Origin: Squalus acanthias
Taxonomy: Eukaryota
Reading direction: 5' to 3'
NCBI GenBank assembly: GCA_030390025.1
Contig: CM059433.1
Coordinates: 20,276,001 to 20,340,000, forward strand
Length of the DNA stretch: 64,000 nucleotides
Below, in pieces: positions 26,001 through 41,000 of this stretch. Each line of letters opens with the position of its first letter. Within the stretch, counting starts at the first letter, position 1. The position numbers and the translations under genes are program-made. The notes under the pieces are model-generated. The model did not search any database. It was not told the DNA's origin and saw nothing but the letters and a program-made list of their open reading frames with translations.

Positions 26001-29000
26001 ACTGCTCAAAGCAGGAACAGGGCAATCCCAGAAACACTGCTCAAAGCAGGAACAGGGCAATCCCAGAAACACTGCTCAAAGCAGGAACAGGGCAATCCCA
26101 GAAACACTGCTCAAAGCAGGAACAGGGCAATCCCAGAAACACTGCTCAAAGCAGGAACAGGGCAATCCCAGAAACACTGCTCAAAGCAGGAACAGGGCAA
26201 TCCCAGAAACACTGCTCAAAGCAGGAACAGGGCAATCCCAGAAACACTGCTCAAAGCAGGAACAGGGCAATCCCAGAAACACTGCTCAAAGCAGGAACAG
26301 GGCAATCCCAGAAACACTGCTCAAAGCAGGAACAGGGCAATCCCAGAAACACTGCTCAAAGCAGGAACAGGGCAATCCCAGAAACACTGCTCAAAGCAGG
26401 AACAGGGCAATCCCAGAAACACTGCTCAAAGCAGGAACAGGGCAATCCCAGAAAACACTGCTCAAAGCAGGAACAGGGCAATCCCAGAAACACTGCTCAA
26501 AGCAGGAACAGGGCAATCCAGAAACACTGCTCAAAGCAGGAACAGGGCAATCCCAGAAACACTGCTCAAAGCAGGAACAGGGCAATCCCAGAAACACTGC
26601 TCAAAGCAGGAACAGGGCAATCCCAGAAACACTGCTCAAAGCAGGAACAGGGCAATCCCAGAAACACTGCTCAAAGCAGGAACAGGGCAATCCCAGAAAC
26701 ACTGCTCAAAGCAGGAACAGGGCAATCCCAGAAACACTGCTCAAAGCAGGAACAGGGCAATCCCAGAAACACTGCTCAAAGCAGGAACAGGGCAATCCCA
26801 GAAACACTGCTCAAAGCAGGAACAGGGCAATCCCAGAAACACTGCTCAAAGCAGGAACAGGGCAATCCCAGAAACACTGCTCAAAGCAGGAACAGGGCAA
26901 TCCCAGAAACACTGCTCAAAGCAGGAACAGGGCAATCCCAGAAACACTGCTCAAAGCAGGAACAGGGCAATCCCAGAAACACTGCTCAAAGCAGGAACAG
27001 GGCAATCCCAGAAACACTGCTCAAAGCAGGAACAGGGCAATCCCAGAAACACTGCTCAAAGCAGGAACAGGGCAATCCCAGAAACACTGCTCAAAGCAGG
27101 AACAGGGCAATCCCAGAAACACTGCTCAAAGCAGGAACAGGGCAATCCCAGAAACACTGTTCAAAGCAGGAACAGGGCAATCCCAGAAACACTGCTCAAA
27201 GCAGGAACAGGGCAATCCCAGAAACACTGTCAAAGCAGGAACAGGGCAATCCCAGAAACACTGCTCAAAGCAGGAACAGGGCAATCCAGAAACACTGCTC
27301 AAAGCAGGAACAGGGCAATCCCAGAAACACTGCTCAAAGCAGGAACAGGGCAATCCCAGAAACACTGTTCAAAGCAGGAACAGGGCAATCCCAGAAACAC
27401 TGCTCAAAGCAGGAACAGGGCAATCCCAGAAACACTGCTCAAAGCAGGAACAGGGCAATCCCAGAAACACTGCTCAAAGCAGGAACAGGGCAATCCCAGA
27501 AACACTGTTCAAAGCAGGAACAGGGCAATCCCAGAAACAGTGCTAAAGCAGGAACAGGGCAATCCCAGAAACACTGCTCTAAGCAGGAACAGGGCAATCC
27601 CAGAAACACTGCTCAAAGCAGGAACAGGGCAATCCCAGAAACATTGCTCAAAGCAGGAACAGGGCAATCCCAAACACTGCTCAAAGCAGGAACAGGGCAA
27701 TCCCAGAAACAGTGTTCAAAGCAGGAACAGGGCAATCCCAGAAACACTGCTCAAAGCAGGAACAGGGCAATCCCAGAAACACTGCTCAAAGCAGGAACAG
27801 GGCAATCCCAGAAACACTGCTCAAAGCAGGACAGGGCAATCCCAGAAACACTGCTCAAAGCAGGAACAGGGAAGATACCCAGAACTGCTCAAAGCAGGAA
27901 TTAGGGACCAGAAACACTGCTCAAAGCAGGAACAGGGCAATCCCAGAAACACTGCTCAAAGCAGGAACAGGGCAATCCAGAAACACTGCTCAAAGCAGGA
28001 ACAGGGCAATCCCAGAAACACTGCTCAAAGCAGGAACAGGGCAATCCCAGAAACACTGCTCAAAGCAGGAACAGGGCAATCCCAGAAACACTGCTCAAAG
28101 CAGGAACAGGGCAATCCCAGAAACACTGCTCAAAGCAGGAACAGGGCAATCCCAGAAACACTGCTCAAAGCAGGAACAGGGCAATCCCAGAAACACTGCT
28201 CAAAGCAGGAACAGGGCAATCCCAGAAACACTGCTCAAAGCAGGAACAGGGCAATCCCAGAAACACTGCTCAAAGCAGGAACAGGGCAATCCCAGAAACA
28301 CTGCTCAAAGCAGGAACAGGGCAATCCCAGAAACACTGCTCAAAGCAGGAACAGGGCAATCCCAGAAACACTGCTCAAAGCAGGAACAGGGCAATCCCAG
28401 AAACACTGTTCAAAGCAGGAACAGGGCAATCCCAGAAACACTGCTTCAAAGCAGGAACAGGGCAATCCCAGAAACACTGCTCAAAGCAGGAACAGGGCAA
28501 TCCCAGAAACACTGCTCAAAGCAGGAACAGGGCAATCCCAGAAACACTGCTCAAAGCAGGAACAGGGCAATCCCAGAAACACTGCTCAAAGCAGGAACAG
28601 GGCAATCCCAGAAACACTGCTCAAAGCAGGAACAGGGCAATCCCAGAAACACTGCTCAAAGCAGGAACAGGGCAATCCCAGAAACACTGCTCAAAGCAGG
28701 AACAGGGCAATCCCAGAAACACTGCTCAAAGCAGGAACAGGGCAATCCCAGAAACACTGCTCAAAGCAGGAACAGGGCAATCCCAGAAACACTGCTCAAA
28801 GCAGGAACAGGGCAATCCCAGAAACACTGCTCAAAGCAGGAACAGGGCAATCCCAGAAACACTGCTCAAAGCAGGAACAGGGCAATCCCAGAAACACTGC
28901 TCAAAGCAGGAACAGGGCAATCCCAGAAACACTGCTCAAAGCAGGAACAGGGCAATCCCAGAAACACTGCTCAAAGCAGGAACAGGGCAATCCCAGAAAC

Positions 29001-32000
29001 ACTGCTCAAAGCAGGAACAGGGCAATCCCAGAAACACTGCTCAAAGCAGGAACAGGGCAATCCCAGAAACAGCTGCTCAAAGCAGGAACAGGGCAATCCC
29101 AGAAACACTGCTCAAAGCAGGAACAGGGCAATCCCAGAAACACTGCTCAAAGCAGGAACAGGGCAATCCCAGAAACACTGCTCAAAGCAGGAACAGGGCA
29201 ATCCCAGAAACACTGCTCAAAGCAGAACAGGGCAATCCCAGAAACACTGCTCAAAGCAGGAACAGGGAAATCCAGAAACACTGCTCAAAGCAGGAACAGG
29301 GAAATCCCAGAAACACTGCTCAAAGCAGGAACAGGGCAATCCCAGAAACACTGCTCAAAGCAGGAACAGGGCAATCCCAGAAACACTGCTCAAAGCAGGA
29401 ACAGGGCAATCCCAGAAACACTGCTCAAAGCAGGAACAGGGCAATCCCAGAAACACTGCTCAAAGCAGGAACAGGGCAATCCCAAAACACTGCTCAAAGC
29501 AGGAACAGGGAAATCCCAGAAACACTGCTCAAAGCAGGAACAGGGCAATCCCAGAAACACTGCTCAAAGCAGGAACAGGGCAATCCCAGAAACACTGCTC
29601 AAAGCAGGAACAGGGCAATCCCAGAAACACTGCTCAAAGCAGGAACAGGGCAATCCCAGAAACACTGCTCAAAGCAGGAACAGGGCAATCCCAGAAACAC
29701 TGCTCAAAGCAGGAACAGGGCAATCCCAGAAACACTGCTCAAAGCAGGAACAGGGCAATCCCAGAAACACTGCTCAAAGCAGGAACAGGGCAATCCCAGA
29801 AACACTGCTCAAAGCAGGAACAGGGCAATCCCAGAAACACTGCTCAAAGCAGGAACAGGGCAATCCCAGAAACACTGCTCAAAGCAGGAACAGGGCAATC
29901 CCAGAAACACTGCTCAAAGCAGGAACAGGGCAATCCCAGAAACACTGCTCAAAGCAGGAACAGGGCAATCCCAGAAACACTGCTCAAAGCAGGAACAGGG
30001 CAATCCCAGAAACACTGCTCAAAGCAGGAACAGGGCAATCCCAGAAACACTGCTCAAAGCAGGAACAGGGGCAATCCCAGAAACACTGCTCAAAGCAGGA
30101 ACAGGGCAATCCCAGAAACACTGCTCAAAGCAGGAACAGGGCAATCCCAGAAACACTGCTCAAAGCAGGAACAGGGCAATCCCAGAAACACTGCTCAAAG
30201 CAGGAACAGGGCAATCCCAGAAACACTGCTCAAAGCAGGAACAGGGCAATCCCAGAAACACTGTTCAAAGCAGGAACAGGGCAATCCAGAAACACTGCTC
30301 AAAGCAGGAACAGGGCAATCCCAGAAACACTGCTCAAAGCAGGAACAGGGCAATCCCAGAAACACTGCTCAAAGCAGGAACAGGGCAATCCCAGAAACAC
30401 TGTTCAAAGCAGGAACAGGGCAATCCCAGAAACACTGCTCAAAGCAGGAACAGGGCAATCCCAGAAACACTGCTCAAAGCAGGAACAGGGCAATCCCAGA
30501 AACACTGCTCAAAGCAGGAACAGGGCAATCCCAGAAACACTGTTCAAAGCAGGAACAGGGCAATCCCAGAAACACTGCTCAAAGCAGGAACAGGGCAATC
30601 CCAGAAACACTGCTCAAAGCAGGAACAGGGCAATCCCAGAAACACTGCTCAAAGCAGGAACAGGGCAATCCCAGAAACACTGCTCAAAGCAGGAACAGGG
30701 CAATCCCAGAAACACTGTTCAAAGCAGGAACAGGGCAATCCCAGAAACACTGCTCAAAGCAGGAACAGGGCAATCCCAGAAACACTGCTCAAAGCAGGAA
30801 CAGGGCAATCCCAGAAACACTGCTCAAAGCAGGAACAGGGCAATCCCAGAAACACTGCTCAAAGCAGGAACAGGGCAATCCCAGAAACATTGCTCAAAGC
30901 AGGAACAGGGCAATCCCAGAAACACTGCTCAAAGCAGGAACAGGGCAATCCCAGAAACACTGTTCAAAGCAGGAACAGGGCAATCCCAGAAACACTGTTC
31001 AAAGCAGGAACAGGGCAATCCCAGAAACACTGTTCAAAGCAGGAACAGGGCAATCCCAGAAACACTGCTCAAAGCAGGAACAGGGCAATCCCAGAAACAC
31101 TGCTCAAAGCAGGAACAGGGCAATCCCAGAAACACTGCTCAAAGCAGGAACAGGGCAATCCCAGAAACACTGCTCAAAGCAGGAACAGGGCAATCCCAGA
31201 AACACTGCTCAAAGCAGGAACAGGGCATTCCCAGAAACACTGCTCAAAGCAGGAACAGGGCAATCCCAGAAACACTGCTCAAAGCAGGAACAGGGCAATC
31301 CCAGAAACACTGTTCAAAGCAGGAACAGGCAATCCCAGAAACACTGCTCAAAGCAGGAACAGGGCAATCCCAGAAACACTGCTCAAAGCAGGAACAGGGC
31401 AATCCCAGAAACACTGCTCAAAGCAGGAACAGGGCAATCCCAGAAACAGTGTTCAAAGCAGGAAGAGGGAATACCCAGAAACACTGCTCAAAGCAGGAAC
31501 AGGGCAATCCCAGAAACACTGCTCAAAGCAGGAACAGGGCAATCCCAGAAACACTGCTCAAATCAGGAACAGGGAAATCCCAGAAACACTGCTCAAAGCA
31601 GGAACAGGGCAATCCCAGAAACACTGCTCAAAGCAGGAACAGGGCAATCCCAGAAACACTGCTCAAAGCAGGAACAGGGCAATCCCAGAAACACTGCTCA
31701 AAGCAGGAACAGGGGCAATCCCAGAAACACTGCTCAAAGCAGGAACAGGGCAATCCCAGAAACACTGCTCAAAGCAGGAACAGGGCAATCCCAGAAACAC
31801 TGCTCAAAGCAGGAACAGGGCAATCCCAGAAACACTGTTCAAAGCAGGAACAGGGCAATCCCAGAAACACTGCTCAAAGCAGGAACAGGGCAATCCCAGA
31901 AACACTGTTCAAAGCAGGAACAGGGCAATCCCAGAAACACTGCTCAAAGCAGGAACAGGGCAATCCCAGAAACACTGCTCAAAGCAGGAACAGGGCAATC

Positions 32001-35000
32001 CCAGAAACACTGCTCAAAGCAGGAACAGGGCAATCCCAGAAACACTGCTCAAAGCAGGAACAGGGCAATCCCAGAAACACTGCTCAAAGCAGGAACAGGG
32101 TAATCCCAGAAACACTGCTCAAAGCAGGAACAGGGCAATCCCAGAAACACTGCTCAAAGCAGGAACAGGGCAATCCCAGAAACACTGCTCAAAAGCAGGA
32201 ACAGGGAAATCCCAGAAACACTGCTCAAAGCAGGAACAGGGCAATCCCAGAAACACTGCTCAAAGCAGGAACAGGGCAATCCCAGAAACACTGCTCAAAG
32301 CAGGAACAGGCAATCCCAGAAACACTGCTCAAAGCAGGAACAGGGCAATCCCAGAAACACTGCTCAAAGCAGGAACAGGGCAATCCCAGAAACACTGCTC
32401 AAAGCAGGAACAGGGCAATCCCAGAAACACTGCTCAAAGCAGGAACAGGGCAATCCCAGAAACACTGCTCAAAGCAGGAACAGGGCAATCCCAGAAACAC
32501 TGTTCAAAGCAGGAACAGGGCAATCCCAGAAACACTGCTCAAAGCAGGAACAGGGCAATCCCAGAAACACTGTCAAAGCAGGAACAGGGCAATCCCAGAA
32601 ACACTGCTCAAAGCAGGAACAGGGCAATCCCAGAAACAATGCTCAAAGCAGGAACAGGGCAATCCCAGAAACACTGCTCAAAGCAGGAACAGGGCAATCC
32701 CAGAAACACTGCTCAAAGCAGGAACAGGGCAATCCCAGAAACACTGCTCAAAGCAGGAACAGGGCAATCCCAGAAACACTGCTCAAAGCAGGAACAGGGC
32801 AATCCCAGAAACACTGCTCAAAGCAGGAACAGGGCAATCCCAGAAACACTGCTCAAAGCAGGAACAGGGCAATCCCAGAAACACTGCTCAAAGCAGGAAC
32901 AGGGTCTTCCCAGAAACACTGCTCAAAGCAGGAACAGGGCAATCCCAGAAACACTGCTCAAAGCAGGAACAGGGCAATCCCAGAAACACTGTTCAAAGCA
33001 GGAACAGGGCAATCCCAGAAACACTGCTCAAAGCAGGAACAGGGCAATCCCAGAAACACTGCTCAAAGCAGGAACAGGGCAATCCCAGAAACACTGCTCA
33101 AAGCAGGAACAGGGCAATCCCAGAAACACTGCTCAAAGCAGGAACAGGGCAATCCCAGAAACACTGCTCAAAGCAGGAACAGGGCAATCCCAGAAACACT
33201 GCTCAAAGCAGGAACAGGGCAATCCCAGAAACACTGCTCAAAGCAGGAACAGGGCAATCCCAGAAACACTGCTCAAAGCAGGAACAGGGCAATCCCAGAA
33301 ACACTGCTCAAAGCAGGAACAGGGCAATCCCAGAAACACTGCTCAAAGCAGGAACAGGGCAATCCCAGAAACACTGCTCAAAGCAGGAACAGGGCAATCC
33401 CAGAAACACTGCTCAAAGCAGGAACAGGGCAATCCCAGAAACACTGCTCAAAGCAGGAACAGGGCAATCCCAGAAACACTGCTCAAAGCAGGAACAGGGC
33501 AATCCCAGAAACACTGCTCAAAGCAGGAACAGGGCAATCCCAGAAACACTGCTCAAAGCAGGAACAGGGCAATCCCAGAAACACTGCTCAAAGCAGGAAC
33601 AGGGCAATCCCAGAAACACTGCTCAAAGCAGGAACAGGGCAATCCCAGAAACACTGCTCAAAGCAGGAACAGGGCAATCCCAGAAACACTGCTCAAAGCA
33701 GGAACAGGGCAATCCAGAAACACTGCTCAAAGCAGGAACAGGGCAATCCCAGAAACACTGCTCAAAGCAGGAACAGGGCAATCCCAGAAACACTGCTCAA
33801 AGCAGGAACAGGGCAATCCCAGAAACACTGCTCAAAGCAGGAACAGGGCAATCCCAGAAACACTGCTCAAAGCAGGAACAGGGCAATCCCAGAAACACTG
33901 CTCAAAGCAGGAACAGGGCAATCCCAGAAACACTGCTCAAAGCAGGAACAGGGCAATCCCAGAAACACTGCTCAAAGCAGGAACAGGGCAATCCCAGAAA
34001 CACTGCTCAAAGCAGGAACAGGGCAATCCCAGAAACACTGCTCAAAGCAGGAACAGGGCAATCCCAGAAACACTGCTCAAAGCAGGAACAGGGCAATCCC
34101 AGAAACACTGCTCAAAGCAGGAACAGGGCAATCCCAGAAACACTGCTCAAAGCAGGAACAGGGCAATCCCAGAAACACTGCTCAAAGCAGGAACAGGGCA
34201 ATCCCAGAAACACTGCTCAAAGCAGGAACAGGGCAATCCCAGAAACACTGCTCAAAGCAGGAACAGGGCAATCCCAGAAACACTGCTCAAAGCAGGAACA
34301 GGGCAATCCCAGAAACACTGCTCAAAGCAGGAACAGGGCAATCCCAGAAACACTGCTCAAAGCAGGAACAGGGCAATCCCAGAAACACTGCTCAAAGCAG
34401 GAACAGGGCAATCCCAGAAACACTGCTCAAAGCAGGAACAGGGCAATCCCAGAAACACTGCTCAAAGCAGGAACAGGGCAATCCCAGAAACACTGCTCAA
34501 AGCAGGAACAGGGCAATCCCAGAAACACTGCTCAAAGCAGGAACAGGGCAATCCCAGAAACACTGCTCAAAGCAGGAACAGGGCAATCCCAGAAACACTG
34601 CTCAAAGCAGGAACAGGGCAATCCCAGAAACACTGCTCAAAGCAGGAACAGGGCAATCCCAGAAACACTGCTCAAAGCAGGAACAGGGCAATCCCAGAAA
34701 CACTGCTCAAAGCAGGAACAGGGCAATCCCAGAAACACTGCTCAAAGCAGGAACAGGGCAATCCCAGAAACACTGCTCAAAGCAGGAACAGGGCAATCCC
34801 AGAAACACTGTTCAAAGCAGGAACAGGGCAATCCCAGAAACACTGCTCAAAGCAGGAACAGGGCAATCCCAGAAACACTGCTCAAAGCAGGAACAGGGCA
34901 ATCCCAGAAACACTGCTCAAAGCAGGAACAGGGCAATCCCAGAAACACTGCTCAAAGCAGGAACAGGGCAATCCCAGAAACACTGCTCAAAGCAGGAACA

Positions 35001-38000
35001 GGGCAATCCCAGAAACACTGCTCAAAGCAGGAACAGGGCAATCCCAGAAACACTGCTCAAAGCAGGAACAGGGCAATCCCAGAAACACTGCTCAAAGCAG
35101 GAACAGGGCAATCCCAGAAACACTGCTCAAAGCAGGAACAGGGCAATCCCAGAAACACTGCTCAAAGCAGGAACAGGGCAATCCCAGAAACACTGCTCAA
35201 AGCAGGAACAGGGCAATCCCAGAAACACTGCTCAAAGCAGGAACAGGGCAATCCCAGAAACACTGCTCAAAGCAGGAACAGGGCAATCCCAGAAACACTG
35301 CTCAAAGCAGGAACAGGGCAATCCCAGAAACACTGCTCAAAGCAGGAACAGGGCAATCCCAGAAACACTGCTCAAAGCAGGAACAGGGCAATCCCAGAAA
35401 CACTGCTCAAAGCAGGAACAGGGCAATCCAGAAACACTGCTCAAAGCAGGAACAGGGCAATCCCAGAAACACTGCTCAAAGCAGGAACAGGGCAATCCCA
35501 GAAAAACTGCTCAAAGCAGGAACAGGGCAATCCCAGAAACACTGCTCAAAGCAGGAACAGGGCAATCCCAGATACACTGCTCAAAGCAGGAACAGGGCAA
35601 TCCCAGAAACACTGTTCAAAGCAGGAACAGGGCAATCCCAGAAACACTGCTCAAAGCAGGAACAGGGAAATCCCAGAAACATTGCTCAAAGCAGGAACAG
35701 GGCAATCCCAGAAACATTGCTCAAAGCAAGAACAGGGCAATCCCAGAAACACTGCTCAAAGCAGGAACAGGGCAATCCCAGAAACACTGCTCAAAGCAGG
35801 AACAGGGCAATCCCAGAAACACTGCTCAAAGCAGGAACAGGGCAATCCCAGAAACACTGCTCAAAGCAGGAACAGGGCAATCCCAGAAACACTGTTCAAA
35901 GCAGGAACAGGGCAATCCCAGAAACACTGCTGAAAGCAGGAACAGGGCAATCCCAGAAACATTGCTCAAAGCAGGAACAGGGCAATCCCAGAAACAGTGC
36001 TCAAAGCAGGAACAGGGCAATCCCAGAAACACTGCTCAAAGCAGGAACAGGGCAATCCCAGAAACACTGCTCAAAGCAGGAACAGGGCAATCCCAGAAAC
36101 ACTGCTCAAAGCAGGAACAGGGCAATCCCAGAAACACTGCTCAAAGCAGGAACAGGGCAATCCCAGAAACACTGCTCAAAGCAGGAAGAGGGAATCCCAG
36201 AAACACTGCTCAAAGCAGCAACAGGGCAATCCCAGAAACACTGCTCAAAGCAGGAACAGGGCAATCCCAGAAACACTGCTCAAAGCAGGAACAGGGCAAT
36301 CCCAGAAACACTGCTCAAAGCAGGAACAGGGCAATCCCAGAAACACTGCTCAAAGCAGGAACAGGGCAATCCCAGAAACACTGCTCAAAGCAGGAACAGG
36401 GCAATCCCAGAAACACTGCTCAAAGCAGGAACAGGGAAATCCCAGAAACACTGCTCAAAGCAGGAACGGGGCAATCCCAGAAACACTGTTCAAAGCAGGA
36501 ACAGGGCAATCCCAGAAACACTGCTCAAAGCAGGAACAGGGCAATCCCAGAAACACTGCTCAAAGTAGGAACAGGGCAATCCCAGAAATACTGTTCAAAG
36601 CAGGAACAGGGCAATCCCAGAAACACTGCTCAAAGCAGGAACAGGGCAATCCCAGAAACACTGCTCAAAGCAGGAACAGGGCAATCCCAGAAACACTGCT
36701 CAAAGTAGGAACAGGGCAATCCCAGAAACACTGCTCAAAGCAGGAACAGGGAAATCCCAGAAACACTGCTCAAAGCAGGAACACGGCAATCCCAAAAACA
36801 CTGCTCAAAGCAGGAACAGGGAAATCCCAGAAACACTGCTCAAAGCAGGAACAGGGAAATCCCAGAAACACTGCTCAAAGCAGGAACAGGGAAATCCCAG
36901 AAACACTGCTCAAAGCAGGAACAGGGCAATCCCAGAAACACTGCTCAAAGCAGGAACAGGGTAATCCCAGAAACACTGATCAAAGCAGGAACAGGGCAAT
37001 CCCAGAAACACTGCTCAAAGCAGGATCAGGGCAATCCCAGAAACACTGCTCAAAGCAGGAACATCGCAATGCCAGAAACACTGCTCAAAGCAGGAACAGG
37101 GCAATCCCAGAAACACTGCTCAAAGCAGGAACAGGGCAATCCCAGAAACACTGTTCAAAGCAGGAACAGGGAAATCCCAGAAACAATGCTCAAAGCAGGA
37201 ACAGGGTAATCCCAGAAACAATGCTCAAAGCAGGAACAGGGCAATCCCAGAAACACTGCTCAAAGCAGGAACAGGGCAATCCCAGAAACACTGCTCAAAG
37301 CAGGAACAGGGCAATCCCAGAAACACTGCTCAAAGCAGGAACAGGGAAATCCCAGATACACTGTTCAAAGCAGGAACAGAGAAATCCCAGAAACATTGCT
37401 CAAAGCAGGAACAGGGCAATCCCAGAAACACTGCTCAAAGCAGGAACAGGGCAATCCCAGAAACACTGTTCAAAGCAGGAACAGAGAAATCCCAGAAACA
37501 TTGCTCAAAGCAGGAACAGGGCAATCCCAGAAACACTGCTCAAAGCAGGAACAGGGCAATCCCATAAACACTGCTCAAAGCAGGAACAGGGCAATCCCAG
37601 AAACACTGCTCAAAGCAGAAAACGGGGCAATCCCAGAAACACTGCTCAAAGCAGGAACAGGGCAATCCCAGAAACACTGCTCAAAGCAGGAACAGGGCAA
37701 TCCCAGAAACACTGCTCAAAGCAGGAACAGGGCAATCCCAGAAACACTGCTCAAAGCAGGAACAGGGCAATCCGAGAAACACTGTTCAAAGCAGGAACAG
37801 GGCAATCCCAGAAACACTGCTCAAAGCAGGAACAGGGCAATCCCAGAAACACTGCTCAAAGCAGGAACAGGGCAATCCCAGAAACATTGCTCAAAGCAGG
37901 AACAGGGCAATCCCAGAAACACTGTTCAAAGCAGGAACAGGGCAATCCCAGAAACACTGCTCAAAGCAGGAACAGGGCAATCCCAGAAACACTGCTCAAA

Positions 38001-41000
38001 GCAGGAACAGGGCAATCCCAGAAACACTGCTCAAAGCAGGAACAGGGCAATCCCAGAAACACTGCTCAAAGCAGGAACAGGGCAATCCCAGAAACACTGC
38101 TCAAAGCAGGAACAGGGCAATCCCAGAAACACTGTTCAAAGCAGGAACAGGGCAATCCCAGAAACATTGCTCAAAGCAGGAACAGGGCAATCCCAGAAAC
38201 ACTGTTCAAAGCAGGAACAGGGCAATCCCAGAAACAATGCTCAAAGCAGGAACAGGGTAATCCCAGATACACTGCTCAAAGCAGGAACAGGGAAATCCCA
38301 GAAACACTGCTCAAAGCAGGAACAGGGAAATCCCAGAAACACTGCTCAAAGCAGGAACAGGGCAATCCCAGAAACACTGCTCAAAGCAGGAACAGGGCAA
38401 TCCCAGAAACACTGCTCAAAGCAGGAACAGGGTAATCCCAAAAACACTGCTCAAAGCAGGAACAGGGAAATCCCAACAGAACTGCTCACAGCAGGAACAG
38501 GGAAATCCCAGAAACACTGCTCAAAGCAGGAACAGGGCAATCCCAGAAACACTGTTCAAAACAGGAACAGGGCAATCCCAGAAACACTGCTCAAAGCAGG
38601 AACAGCGAAATCCCAAAAACACTGCTCACAGCAGGAACAGGGAAATCCCAGAAACAATGCTCAAAGCAGGAACAGGGCAATCCCAGAAACACTGCTCAAA
38701 GCAGGAACAGCGAAATCCCAAAAACACTGCTCACAGCAGGAACAGGGAAATCCCAGAAACAATGCTCAAAGCAGGAACAGGGCAATCCCAGAAACACTGC
38801 TGAAAGCAGGATCGGGGCAATCCCAGAAACACTGCTCAAAACAGGAACGGGGCAATCCCAGAAACACTGTTCAAAGCAGGAACACGGCAATCCCAGAAAC
38901 ACTGCTCAAAGCAGGAACAGGGCAATCCCAGAAACACTGCTCAAAGCAGGAAGAGGGAAATCCCAGAAACACTGCTCAAAGCAGGAACATGGCAATCCCA
39001 GAAACACTGCTCAAAGCAGGAACAGGGCAATCCCACAAACACTGTTCAAAGCAGGAACAGGGCAATCCCAGAAACACTGTTCAAAGCAGGAACAGGGTGA
39101 TCCGAGAAACATTGCTCAAAGCAGGAACAGGGCAATCCCAGAAACACTGCTCAAAGCAGGAACAGGGCAATCCCAGAAACACTGCTCAAAGCAGGAACAG
39201 GGCAATCCCAGAAACACTGCTCAAAGCAGGAACAGGGCAATCCCAGAAACACGGTTCAAAGCAGGAACAGAGAAATCCCAGAAACATTGCTCAAAGCAGG
39301 AACAGGGCAATCCCAGAAACACTGCTCAAAGCAGGAACAGGGCAATCCCATAAACACTGCTCAAAGCAGAAAACGGGGCAATCCCAGAAACACTGCTCAA
39401 AGCAGGAACAGGGCAATCCCAGAAACACTGCTCAAAGCAGGAACAGGGCAATCCCAGAAACACTGCTCAAAGCAGGAACAGGGCAATCCCAGAAACACTG
39501 CTCAAAGCAGGAACAGGGCAATCCCAGAAACACTGCTCAAAGCAGGAACAGGGCAATCCCAGAAACACTGCTCAAAGCAGGAACAGGGCAATCCCAGAAA
39601 CAGTGTTCAAAGCAGGAACAGGGCAATCCCAGAAACACTGTTCAAAGCAGGAACAGGGCAATCCCAGAAACATTGCTCAAAGCAGGAACAGGGCAATCCC
39701 AGAAACAGTGTTCAAAGCAGGAACAGGGCAATCCCAGAAACACTGCTCAAAGCAGGAACAGGGCAATCCCAGAAACACTGCTCAAAGCAGGAACAGGGCA
39801 ATCCCAGAAACACTGCTCAAAGCAGGAACAGGGCAATCCCAGAAACACTGCTCAAAGCAGGAACAGGGCAATCCCAGAAACACTGCTCAAAGCAGGAACA
39901 GGGCAATCCCAGAAACACTGTTCAAAGCAGGAACAGGGAAATCCCAGAAACACTGCTCAAAGCAGGAACAGGGCAATCCCAGAAACATTGCTCAAAGCAG
40001 GAACAGGGCAATCCCAGAAACACTGCTCAAAGCAGGAACAGGGCAATCCCAGAAACACTGCTCAAAGCAGGAACAGGGCAATCCCAGAAACACTGCTCAA
40101 AGCAGGAACAGGGCAATCCCAGAAACACTGTTCAAAGCAGGAACAGGGCAATCCCAGAAACACTGCTCAAAGCAGGAACAGGGCAATCCCAGAAACACTG
40201 TTCAAAGCAGGAACAGGGCAATCCCAGAAACACTGCTCAAAGCAGGAACAGGGCAATCCCAGAAACACTGTTCAAAGCAGGAACAGGGCAATCCCAGAAA
40301 CACTGCTCAAAGCAGGAACAGGGCAATCCCAGAAACACTGCTCAAAGCAGGAACAGGGCAATCCCAGAAACACTGCTCAAAGCAGGAACAGGGCAATCCC
40401 AGAAACACTGCTCAAAGCAGGAACAGGGCAATCCCAGAAACATTGCTCAAAGCAGGAACAGGGCAATCCCAGAAACACTGCTCAAAGCAGGAACAGGGCA
40501 ATCCCAGAAACACTGCTCAAAGCAGGAACAGGGCAATCCCAGAAACACTGCTCAAAGCAGGAACAGGGAAATCCCAGAAACAATGCTCAAAGCAGGAACA
40601 GGGCACTCCCAGAAACACTGCTCAAATCAGGAACAGGGTAATCCCAGAAACACTGCTCAAATCAGGAACAGGGCAATCCCAGAAACACTGCTCAAAGCAG
40701 GAACAGGGCAATCCCAGAAACACTGCTCAAAGCAGGAACAGGGTAATCCCAGAAACACTGCTCAAAGCAGGAACAGGGCAATCCCAGAAACAATGCTCAA
40801 AGCAGGAACAGGGAAATCCCAGAAACACTGCTCAAAGCAGGAACAGGGCAATCCCAGAAACACTGCTCAAAGCAGGAACAGGGCAATCCCAGAAACACTG
40901 CTCAAAGCAGGAACAGGGCAATCCCAGAAACACTGCTCAAAGCAGGAACAGGGCAATCCCAGAAACACTGCTCAAATCAGGAACAGGGCAATCCCAGAAA

